Translations under genes and position numbers: made by a program
In this document: in pieces, positions 23,815-35,014 of the stretch
Layout of the letters: each line of letters begins with the position of its first letter
Numbering within the stretch: position 1 is the stretch's first letter
From: Cyanophora paradoxa CCMP329
Taxonomy: Eukaryota; Plantae; Glaucophyta
Assembly: GCA_004431415.1 (NCBI GenBank)
Contig: QPMI01000035.1
Location: 1 to 64,000, forward strand
Reading direction: 5' to 3'
DNA length: 64,000 nucleotides
Notes under the pieces: model-generated
What the model was told of the DNA's origin: nothing
Database searches by the model: none
The model's input: only the letters and a program-made list of their open reading frames with translations

Positions 23815-25563
23815 ATGGAGCAGCAGACGCCTCCGGCGAGCCGCAAGCGGTCCAATCATCCGGGCACGCCGGCCACGCCTGGCACGCCCGAAACTTCGCC
23901 TTCGATGTCTCGGTACTTCGGCGCCGAAACCGCCCGATCGAAGAAGGTAGCATTTCTCTATTGGTTGTGCTCAGTACGCAGGGCTGACGTGATCCAGGTC
24001 CTCGTATGCCGCCTCATGGACCGCGGGCACAATCTCCCCCGATCAGCTCTGCCGACTGTCCTCGTGGCATATAACGACACCTTGGACACGTTTTTGGAGA
24101 ACGTAAGCACTCGTGCTGGCCTCCCAGCGCTATCCACGCCGCGAATCTGGGTAACCAACCGCTCGCGCTCGCGCAGGCTGCGCGCAAGCTCAAGATGGAT
24201 CGCGTAAATACTTCTAAGCATTCGCGATGCTGGCTGCGCGCAGCTGAGGGCTCGCGGGGCGCGCAGGCCGCCAGGAAGGCGTACACCGAGGCCGGGCAGC
24301 GCGTGCTCTTCCCCGCGAGCGAGGTGGGGGAAGGCGAGCTCGTGTACATCGGCCTGCGCAGCGAGACCTTCCGAGCCACGGAGCGCACCCTCGAGGACGC
24401 CGAGTCCGCCGACCGCGTGGTGCGGCCCGCGCGCGCGCCCGCTCCCGCCGTCCGCCCCGCCGCCGCCGACGGGCCGCCGGCCCCGCAGGTGCGCCGGCTC
24501 TCGACGCAGGCGACGAAGAAGGTCTTCTGCTACCGGAACGGGGCGACGGGCAAGGACGCCGGCGTGCACGCCGTGATCATGGTCCCGCCCTCCTCCACCC
24601 TCGAGGCGGTGAGCCGGCGCCGAGCGCGGGGCCGCCCGAACCGGGAGCGACCGCGCCGTGCCGGGCGCGCGCAGGTGCTGGACGAGGCGACGAAGAAGCT
24701 GAAGATGGGGCGGGCGGCCCGGCGGCTGTACGCCGAGGACGGTACCCCCGTGGAGAGCGTCGCGGAGATCAAGGACCGCTCGGCGCTGTTCGTGGCGGCG
24801 GCCCCCTCGGAACCCTTCAAGGCGCCGGCGTGGCCGGTGAGCCCGCACGCCGCGCTGCTCGCCCACTCGCGCCACTCGAGCCTCGCCTCGCCGGGCTCCT
24901 CCTCCGCCCTCGCCTCCCCGCGGGGCGCCGAGGACCCGGCCGCCGCCGCCTCGGGCTCGCCCCGGGGCCCCCCCTCGCACGGGCGCCTCTCCCCCGCCTC
25001 CTCCCTCCGCTCCTCCCGCGACTCGCTCGCCTCCGACGCCGTCCCCCCTCCCCCCGCCGCCCGCCCTCGCCCCCGCCCCGGCCCGGCCCGGCCCCGGCCC
25101 GGCCGCCCCGCCCGCCGCCCCGGGCCCCGCAGAGGCCAAATCCGAGGGCGCCGCCGTGCTGCCCCTGTCCACCGCGACGGCCTCGCCGGCCGCCCTGACC
25201 GCGACCCTCGCCGCCGCGCTCGCCGCCGCCTCCCTCCCCCCGTCGCCCCCGCCCGCCGCGCCGGCGCCCCCGCCCTCCCTGGCCGTCGCCTCCCTGCCCC
25301 CCGTTAGCCCCTCCTCCTCGTCCTCCTCCTCCTCCTCGATCCGCCCGCCGGCGGCGGCCGAGGAGCCGCCGGGGGCGGCTTCGAGCGGCATGGTGCCGGC
25401 GCCGGGACGGAGCGCCGGCGGCCTGGCCGAGCGGATCCGGCACGCGGGGACGTACGTGGGCCCCGTGACGTCAACGCTGGAGGAGGACGTGGAGCGCGGG
25501 GCGGGGGCCGGCCGCCCCGACGAGGCCTCCTGCCTCCCTTGCTCCTGCCGCTGGCGCTGCTAG
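23815..25563 (+). CDS. Tandem doublecortin (DCX)-domain protein
   Basis: Two DCX-like repeats: TLDTFLEN/AARKLKMDR/AARKAYTEAGQ and KVFCYRNG...TLEA/VLDEATKKLKMGRAARRLYAEDGTPVESVAEIKDRSALFV...EPF. Ser/Pro-rich tail ending CLPCSCRWRC*. Confidence 0.75.
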
Positions 25564-25729
25564 CGGGCGCGCGGCGGGACCTCGTCCGCCCCCGAGGCCC
25601 GAGGGGTTCCATGCAGCTAGCTAGCTATAGCTGTCATTAAAGTATTTCGAGCTGTTTCGTCACGGCGTGCACGTGAATGCGAAAATATTAATACGTTATA
25701 TGGCCGAGATTGCAAATGAAGTCCGGATC

Positions 25730-26523
25730 CGTACTAACGAAGGGGCATAGACAATTCTCGAGGCTTAGCCATTGGGTATACGTGAACAAGCTACTCCGGA
25801 TCCTGATCGTTCTTCCGATGAGTCGGCCCCAGCCTCGATGCGATCCATTCGATGGGCTGCAGGGCGAGAACGGCGGACGCCAAGTGAGCGCCGGCAGATA
25901 GAATCTCCAAATTGCACGCCGGTAGGAAAGGCGGTGTTCCTCCGGGCAGGGCTATGCTGAAAGCCTTCAACAGATGCGCGCTGGCCTTGCTCAGGAGCGA
26001 CGCTGTAGCCAGCCGGGATGTCACGTTGTCGACTTGGAGCTGCTCGAGCGGTGTGGCCACGCCCAAAGGTTAGGGGACAGCAGCCGAACCACGAAGCGCG
26101 TGAGGCGGGGCTGGCGCGCCTGCTTTCCCGAAGCAGAGACGAGGCACCCGCGCGGGGAATTCGAAGTCAGCGGAGTTCGAGGACCGAGGCCGCGGCCGCA
26201 GCAGGGCGCGCGGGAAAGGACTCGCACCAGCGTCTCATCCATACCCTGCGCCTTGCCTTTCGAGAAGCCCTTCTTGAAAGACTCTGACATAGCCTGCTCG
26301 ATCTGCACAACGACAAGATCAGATGGCGATGATCATAGCCAGCGATCGTGGCCTGGGGTCGGGCGAGCGCTTAAGATGTAGGCGTCGCAGCGAACGCGCG
26401 GCCCCGGGACTGGATCCGAAGGCCTAGGGCCTTCCGGGATATCGACCCATCCATGGCCAAAACCAAGTTGAACGCACATCCGCTTTTGTGAAGACACGTC
26501 CGCCAGCGCCCGGAGCGCATTCA
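25730..26523 (-). CDS. Possible small hypothetical gene (structure unresolved)
   Basis: One clean exon bounded by cag and gtgcga (IEQAMSESFKKGFSKGKAQGMDETL, ~26229-26303), plus neighbouring open segments. I could not build a full model. Confidence 0.3.
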
Positions 26524-27211
26524 TCGCGCCTGACGGCGTGTAAATGAATCGGGCGCGCGCGGGGGCGCGTGCGCGCGCGGCGGACAGCTTAAACACACCT
26601 CTCCGGATTCGCCTCTCCGGCGCTCTTGTTCCTGCGCAAGCGCTCAGCAAACGCGAACGCCGCACGCATATGCACGGGCGATGCTATGGGGCGCGCCACG
26701 CGCGGGCGCGAGATTCTGCAACAAGCTTAAGCCAGCGCCGCGCGGGGGCGCGAGATAATTTTTTTATAAATGCCGCAACAGGGTGAGGCCGCTTAACTGA
26801 CAGCGTACGGGCGTACCTGTCATTCGAAGAAGCAAGAATGACGCCATGATCGCAGAACCCGGAGTACGCCGAACGATTGGGCTTGCTGCTATGGAGCCGA
26901 ACGAGTACGCCGGAGTTGCCATGCCACGAGAGCTGCCCATTCGGCTTGCTGCCCACGGCCACAGCCGTGGAGCTGAACATTGCAGGGGGCATCAGGGGGC
27001 TTAAGCCAGGAAGCCGGGTTTTGACAGGTCAAGGCTGAGCGTCAAGCGCCGCTGGGGGTACGCACGATTGAAACGGGCCGGAGCTGGCCGCCTGCCTGGC
27101 GTAGCCGCAGCGGAAGCGTGCCCGCAGCAACAGCAGCGACTCGAATCACTCGACTAGACGGGAGCGCGAGATCCACGCGCCAGACCGCAAGCTGCCGAGC
27201 TGCCGAGAGCG

Positions 27212-29202
27212 ATGGGGGCGCGACAATCATTCGTTGAGTCGCAGGCGTTCTTGCCCCCGACGCCGCCTACGTACCAGGCGAGTCCCGCCTCCGCTGCATC
27301 GCCTGCGCTGCTGACCCCTAGGCCTGTCGCATTGGGCCAGGCGACGGACCTCCCAGTGCAGTTCGTAGATACGGCGCGGCACTCGCGCATCCCGATCCTT
27401 TTCATGAAGCATCCCGGGTTCGTGCGACCACGCCGCGCGCTTCGCGCGGTTGCCCTTGCGCAGAGCTCTAGCTAGACTACCCGCGGTCGTGACGCAGATA
27501 GCTATTGCCGTTGCTGAGTGCGCGGGGAGCGCGTGTGCTGACTTCGTCTCGCACGGTCTCGGCAGGCAGGACTACCGCCAGAACATGACGATCCTCTACT
27601 CGCACGGCAATGCGACCGACCTTGGACCAGTCTCTCATTTCATGGCTATGTGCGCCCACGTGCTCGCGCCGCCGGCGCGGCCGGCCTCGACCCGCGCACG
27701 ATAGCTACGCCCCACCAGTACTCCGGAGTCGGCGCTAGCTCGACGAGAACGCCGGCGCCCCGCGCTCCCCGCCTCAAAGCCAGAGACCCTGGCTGATCTC
27801 TATTCCTCTCATCGATTCGCCCGGCGAACCCCACGTTGGCAATGGAATCCTAGGCTCGTCCAGTACGTGGTGCGTGGTCCCACCTTGCCTAATCCATCCG
27901 CCTTCTCCTTCTCACCTCCAGCATGTGCATCTCGCGGCTCCTTGCTGCGTTTGGATTCTTCTATGCAGAGTGCGCCGCGCTCGGAACATGCAATCGCACG
28001 CGCTGACGCGCGAGCAGAGGTGAACGTGCTGGCGTACGATTACAGCGGCTACGGGTGCTCCAACGGGATACCGTGCGAATCGAATGCATGTGAGCTAATT
28101 CGGTTTCATCTCTGCCTAGAGGATTTGGGGGATGATTCGCGACGCAGATAGCGATATCCGTGCCGCCTACCGCTACGCAACGCAGACCCTTGGGATCCCC
28201 GAGCAAAAACTCATTCTGTTCGTTTGTTTACAGCTTCGAACTATGTTTCTCTGGAAACCGTGAACCGCTCGCGTCCAGGTACGGGCACAGTCTGGGCAGC
28301 GGGCCCACCTGCGATCTGGCAAGCGATAAATCCGTGAACCCCCGGGCAGTAGTCCTACACAGGTCAGCACGCTCCCGTTGCCTCCTACCCCCCTACCCAT
28401 ATTCTGTCCCACCCTCCCACGCCTCTCTGCGGCGCAGCTAGAACCCAGCAGCTAGAACGTTAACACGCCCCCCCCCCCCCCCCCCCCCCCCCCCCGCTCT
28501 AGTCTCTCGTAGCCCCACTCGTGCCTTGCCTCTACCCCCACCCGCTGCCCCGCCCCCTTTCGCATTCTTTGATTCGAATCCGTTCACGTGCAGCCCCTTG
28601 CTGTCGGCTGTGCGCGTCGTCTTTGACCTGAGCGACTGGGTTCGGGTGCGAATCACTGTTTCCCGTATCTTCTGCCGTTCCTCGGACAGCGCTGATCTCA
28701 CGTGCAGTTTCCGACGGACATCTTTGCGAACTTGCACAAGGTCTGACTGCTGTTCTCAAACCCAAGCCGCGATTTTTCCCGGAAAATCGCTGCTGAGGCG
28801 TATGCTGGTTCAGGTCCCGAAGATCCGGTGTCCTGTCTATATAATACACGGTCTTGTTGACGAGGTTATCAACGTGGCCCACGGGCGGGTGCGCCCGGAG
28901 CTTCTTAAGCTTGGCGGGGTGCCAGCTCACCCCATGCTTTTTTAACGCAGAAACTGCACGAGCTGCTGGTGAAGGCAGGGCGAAACCCCCCCGAGCCATG
29001 GTACCCCTTCCCTTGAGCTCACTTCCTCGGTCTGATACTGACGGATCCGTTTAGGTGGGTGCAGAACCGGGGCCACAACGACATCGAGGTGGAGTCGGCG
29101 GCGGAGTACCTGAAGCGCCTGCGGACCTTCGTCCGGGCCGTCGACGAGGCGGGGCTCGAGCCCGCGCCGCCGCACCCGCACCCGCACGTCGGATCGAGCT
29201 AG
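27212..29202 (+). CDS. ABHD17-family alpha/beta hydrolase (putative protein depalmitoylase)
   Basis: Motifs AFLPP, TILYSHGNATDLG, VNVLAYDYSGYG, YGHSLGSGPTCDLA (nucleophile), SPLLSAVRV, PVYIIHGLVDEVI (Asp) and GHNDIE (His). Junctions around 27650-28020 are unresolved. Confidence 0.88.
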
Positions 29203-29501
29203 CTGTAGCCGCGCGCTCAGCTAGCACCATAGCTCTCGAGATGTGGGTAGCGCTCTAAAGCTAGATCTCCAGCGCGGTCAGCGCTAGCTCGCGCGAGTGA
29301 ATCCGGATCCGCAACCTTACGTGCGGGCAACACTCGGCCCGGGATCGGAGCCGGGCGCGGGGCCCGCAGCCGGAGCCGGCGTCGCGCGCCGCGGCGCGCG
29401 GCGCTGGCGCCGGTACCGGGTGCGGCGAATTTGATCGAGGGGGGAAAGAGCGTCCGCGGGGTACAGCTCGCGCGCTGCCGTGGGTTGTTGAACGCGGCGC
29501 A

Positions 29502-32500
29502 ATGGCGACCGTCAAGCTACGCATCGAGTTCCGCACGGGCGAGGTGAGCGCGTCCGCCCTCCAAGCGGCTCGGCCGCCGCCGTCTCGACGTCCCCATCCG
29601 GTCGCCCGACGCTCGCCGGATCGCAACCGACGCGCACGTCCGCCGCGTCGCAGGGCCAGGGAATGTACCTGACAAGCCCGGACGGGCGGTTCCGGTGGGA
29701 GAAAGAGCCGTACATTGTCATGGACTGGAATGCGAACGGGATCTGGACCAAGACCGTGCAGCTGACGCCCGAGGAGCTCGCTAAGGGCTTCGTTTACAAG
29801 TACGTGCTGATCACGAACGGCGAGCCCCAGTACGAGCCCAGCTGGAGGTACTACGCGTTCCGGCCGCTGGCAGGCGACCCCACCGTGGTCGAAGTCCAGG
29901 ACATCTGGCGGCCGCCAGGCACCGCGCTCACTGTGTTTGAGTCGAGCCTCGCGCGAGAGCTCATCTTCAAGCGCCCGTCAAGGATGCAGGCGCCTGCGCC
30001 CACCCGCGGCGGCCCCGACTCTGTCCACCTCCGCCTCCAGTGCTTCAATTCGGAGGTGCCGGCGGACAAGCACATGGTCGTCACCGGCAGCACCCCTACG
30101 CTTGGCAGGTCCGCGCCCGGCGCTCGAAGGGCCCCGACCGCTCCGGCCCACTCGCGCGCAGCTGGGACCTCAAGAAGGGTCTGAAGCTCACGTTCGACGA
30201 TGAGGCGCGCGTCTGGTTCGCCGACATGTGGGTGACGCACGCGGACTTCCCGCTTGAGTACAAGTACGTCGTCGTCGACGAGAAGTGCGAGTACACGGTG
30301 CGCCCGGGCCGTTTCCCCTCCCTCGCGGGCGGGCGCGTCACGAGCGCGATGCGCAGTACTGGGAGAGCCTGCGCTTCAACCGCAGCGCGCCGAAGGACGA
30401 GGTGATGGGCGGCGGCAACGGCCGCGTCGTCGTCCGCACCGATGACTTCGCGCTTCCCGACACGGGCGTCTGGCACGGCACCGGCGTAGCCATCCCGGTC
30501 TTCTCCCTGCGCTCGCGCTCCTCGATGGGCATCGGAGAGTTCCTGGACATCAAGCTCCTCGTCGGTGCGCCCGCCGCGCCGGGCCGGCTCTTTCCGAGTC
30601 CTTATCTCGGGCGGCAGACTGGGCGGCATCCGTCGGAATCTGCCTGGTTCAGCTCCTGCCCGTGCGCGCTTCCTTCTGCGCGCGGATCCTCCTCCATTTC
30701 CGCCCCGCCCGCTCCGCGCTGAGCGCTGGCGGCGGCGGCAGGTGAGCGACTCCGGCTACGACAGCTCGCCCTACGGCGTCATGTCTTCTATGGCGCTCAA
30801 CCCAGTCTACCGTGCGCCTTGCCGCCCCCGCGTCGGCGCGGCGCGGCCCGACGCGCGGCCCGGCCAGTGAACCTCGACGTCATCGCGCGGGAGAACGGCG
30901 TGCCGTCCCGCATCACGGACGAGATCGCGTCCGCGCGCGCCGAGCTTAACCAGAGCAAGCTCGCCAACTACGACAAGGCGCGCGCGCCCGAGCGGGGCGG
31001 CCCGGCCCCTGCCCTCGCCCCCGCCCCCGCCCCCGCCCCCGCCCCCGCCACCGCCCTGAGACCGCGCGGTAGGCCCTGGTGATCAAGACGCGTATCCTCA
31101 AGGACATCTGGGAGTCCTGCCGCGACAAGGCCGAGGCCGACCCCGGATTCCACGCGCGCCCCGCCCCGCCCCGCCCCGCCCCCCCGCCCCGGGGCCTGAC
31201 GGTCCTTCCCGGGTACAGGAGTTCATCAAGGAGAACAAGACCTGGCTCCTCCCGTACGCCCTCTACTACGTCTTCTACGACCTTTTGGGTACCCCCGACT
31301 ACTCCCAGTGCGTACCCCGTACAGCCCCGCCGCCCTCCCACGCCGCCCGACGCGGGGCGGCGGGGGCGCAGGTGGGGCAACCGCGAGAACATGACGCTGG
31401 CCCAAATGGAGGAGTTCGAGGCCCCCGGGGCCTTCCAGGTCCGCCCCGGCCCCGCCTCGGCCCTCCCCGCGGGGCCCGACGCGCGCCCTCGCATCCCCGC
31501 AGCGCGACTTCATCCGCTACACGTACTTCGTGCAGTGGCACGCGCACCGGCAGCTGCTCGAGGCCTCGAAGTACGCCCGCGAGAAGGGCATCGGACTCAA
31601 GGGCGACCTCCCCATCGGCGTCAACAAGTTCTCCGTCGACACCTGGGTCAACCGCGAGCAGTTCCGCATGCAGGTCAACGCCGGGTGCGTCCGCCAGCGC
31701 TTCCTCCGCCCCGCCCGCCCGCCCGCCCGCCCGCCTGCTCGCCTTCTTGCCCTCTCGCTCGTTAACGGGCCGACGACCGCCCCGCAGCGCGCCGCCGGAC
31801 TTCTTCAGCAAGGAGGGCCAGAACTGGGGCTTCCCCACCTACAACTGGGAGGCCCGCCCCGCCCCGCCCCGCCCCGCCCCGCCGCCCGGCCCGCCCCGCC
31901 CCACCGACCCGCCCCTCACGCCCGCCCGCAGGTGATGGCCGCGGACGGGTACCAGTGGTGGCGGGCGCGGCTGGCGCGCATGGCTCAGTACTTCCACTCC
32001 TACCGCATCGACCACGTGCTCGGCTTCTTCCGCATCTGGGAGGTCCGCGCCCCGCCGCCCTCCCTGGCCTCCAAGCCTTCCTCCATCCCGCCCCGCCGGG
32101 CCGAGCCGCCGCCCGCAGATGCCGCTGGACGTCGCGTACGGCGTTCTGGGCCGCTTCTACCCCGTGCAGCCCGTCTCCAAGGGCGAGATCCTCGTGCGCG
32201 CCCTCCCTCCCGCCCAGGCATGAAAGAGGGGCGGTCCGCTCACCTTCGGGGCGCGCGGCAGAGCAAGGGCGTGCCGGAGTGGGACCTGGCGCGGCTCACG
32301 GAGCCGTACGTGCGGCGGCACCTGCTGCACCGCGCCTTCGGCCAGGAGAAGGGCGAGGAGGTGAGGCCGCTCTAGCAGGGCGGCGGCTCGGCGCGCCCGG
32401 CCGCTGCCTCACACGCTGGGCCTCGCGCGCAGGTCGGGCGCACCTACTTCGACGAGATCTTCAAGGACGGCTTCAAGTTCAAGGCGCAGTACGACACGAT

Positions 32501-34393
32501 GGCGAAGGTGCACGGGGCGGGGCGGGGGCCCCGGCCGCAGCCCGGCGAGCTCGGACGCGAGCGGCTCCGCGGCAGGTCTGCACGGAGATCCAGAAGGAGG
32601 TCTCCGCGGACCCCGAGGTCGGCGAGCCGCCCGAGAAGGCACGCACCGCCCCGGCCCCGCCCCGGCCCCGGCCCGGGCCCTAGGACAGCCTCTGAGGAGG
32701 GCGCGGCCGGTCCGCAGGAGAAGTTCGAGGACGAGAAGAAGTACGCGGAGGCGAAGGAGAAGTGGTCGGCGAAGCGTGCGGAGGTCTACGAGGCCAAGTA
32801 CAAGGCCAAGGAGCGGGCGCTGCTTGACTTCCACGAGAACGTCGTGCTCCTGCGGGACCTCGAGAAGCCCGGCGAGCTCTTCCACTTCCGCGTCAACATG
32901 GTCCTGCCCCCCGAGAAGGTCCGTCCGCCCGCCCGCCCGCCTCTCCCCACGCCTCCTTACGCCCCTTGCGCTTCAGGGCGGGGCGACGTCGTTCCACGAG
33001 CTGCCGAACAACTGGAAGGGCGGCCTGGGGGACCTCTACCACGACTGGGTGTGGCGGCGGCAGGACAACGAGTGGGCGAAGGCCGCGCGCCGCAAGCTGC
33101 GGATGATGATGGACGCCTCGGACATGCTGGTGTGCGGGGAGGACCTCGGCATGGTCCCCGGCTGCGTCATGGGCGTCATGCGCGAGCTCTGCCTCCTCGG
33201 CCTCCGCATCCAGGTACGCCGCCACCCGGCGCTGTCCCCCCCGCTTTCCGCTCTCCGCTAAGCTTCGGCCGGCGCGCAGCGCATGTCGGTGGATCCCTCG
33301 AGCAAGGCCCGCCCGCCTTGCCGCCCCGCCCGCCCGCCGCGCCCGCGGCATCGCCTAACCGCCCGCGCGGCGCAGTTCAACGACACGGCCAAGTACGAGT
33401 ACCTGACCGTGCGCCCGGGCCCGGCCCGCCCCGCCCCGCCCGGGCCCGGCCCGGCCGACGCGGGCGGCAGGTCTGCAGCCCGTCGACGCACGACATGGCT
33501 CCGATCCGCGCCTGGTGGCAGGAGCACGAGGAGAAGAGCGTGCGCCTTCCCCCGGGGCCTACCGACTTGCGCTCTGAGCTCCCGAGCTCTTCCGACTGGC
33601 GGCGGCGCAGGGGAACGACAAGAAGGACGCGCTGGACACGATCCAACACTTCTACAACCAGTGCGCGCGCGCGCGCCGGGCGCCGGGCGCACCCGCCCCG
33701 TCTCGCGCCCTTGCCCCGTCTCCCGCGCGCGCGGGGCCGACGCCGACGCCCCTCCCCGCCGGCAGCGTGCTGAAGCGGGAAGGGAAGGTGCCGGAGAAGA
33801 TGGAGCAGGACGTGGCGACGCAGATCATCAAGATGCACCTCGAATCCCCCTCCATCCTCGTGCGCCTTTCCCTCCGAGCTAGACGCCGGCTTCTTTGTGA
33901 GCTCACTTCTGGGGCGCGCCTCGGGCAGGCTGTGTTCCCCCTGCAGGACCTCTTCGCGATCGGAGGCCCCGAGATCCGGCGCTCGGGCCACCCCTCGGAG
34001 GAGAAGATCAACAACCCGGGCTCGACGGCCGGCTGCTGGTCCTACCGCATGCACATCACCCTCGAGGAGCTCAACAGCGCACAGGACAAGTTCAACTCCG
34101 AGGCGCGCCCCTTTCTTCTTCTCCGCCTTGCTGCTTGCTCCGTCCTCCAAGCTGAGCGGCGCGCAGCTCCGCGCGCTCCTCGTGAGCACGCAGCGGGCGG
34201 TCCTGAAGCCCGCGGGCGGCGCCGGCGCCGGCCGCACCCGCTCCGGCACCGAGCCCGACGAGAACGGCGGCGTGGTGCGCCCTTCGTGGGGCTTCCCTGC
34301 GGGGCGCGCCGCTGACGGGCGCGCGCGCCGCAGACCCCGCCGACCGTGGACGGGACGGCCAAGTCCAAGTCCAAGAAGAAGGGCGGCAAGTGA
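29502..34393 (+). CDS. DPE2: 4-alpha-glucanotransferase / disproportionating enzyme 2 (two CBM20-like domains + GH77)
   Basis: Two N-terminal starch-binding-like repeats (YKYV motifs), then GTGVAIPVFSLRS, GIGEFLD, QLLPVSD, SSPY, LKGDLPIGV and GAPPDFFSKEGQNWGFPTYNW. Catalytic motifs YRIDHVLGFFRIWE, CGEDLG and STHDM, then EEKINNPG...WSYRMH. 26 predicted introns; no N-terminal extension. Confidence 0.93.
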
Positions 34394-35014
34394 GCGGGCG
34401 GTCGGGCGGGCGGGCGGGCGCTCCGGGGTGCGCCCGCGGCCGCGGTCGCCGGCTGCCGGCGTCGGCGTCGGCTCGGGCCCGCGACCGTCGGACCCCTTTC
34501 AGTGCAGTTTGGCAGTTTCAGTTACGCTTTCAAGTCTTTCTTTGCAGAGGCAGCAGTCGTGCGATTAGTTAACGTTTTGATCGTAATGCATTTCTGGGGA
34601 TGTGGTTCAGCGGTCGTGGCGCGCGAGTCTCGCGTACGCGCATACACCGTCGGATCGGTCCGGAGGATGGGAAGGAGGGCGAAGGCGCGCGCTGCGTAGG
34701 GAAAGATCTAGATCTAGAGCGCGTAGACGAGGAGGGGCGCGACGAGGATCGAGCCTCGGAGAGCGCCGGCGCCCCTGGGAGCTGGAGGGCGGAAGGAGGG
34801 ACGGGGGGGCCGCCGGACGTCCGACGGAAGGAGAGTATCGGAGAGCTGTACATGAGGGGCATAGACGGGAAGGGCCGGCAGCTCCTGGAGGGGGCTCGAA
34901 GGAGCGAACGAGGAGGAAGCGAGGGCTGAAGCGACGAGGGCGGGACCGGCCCAGTGAAGAGAAAGCTTCAAATCGATTGCAATCCAGAGCGCGCGCCGGC
35001 GCCTGCGCGCGCGC

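Noticed and set aside
27960-28020. Possible 1-nt micro-exon (cag A gtgcgc) in the ABHD17-like gene
   Set aside because: Alternative junctions are equally plausible, so this cannot be supported without cDNA.
34569-34971. Short minus-strand ORFs between DPE2 and the SWIM-RING gene
   Set aside because: Low-complexity sequence with no recognisable motif; it may be 3' UTR or an extra exon.
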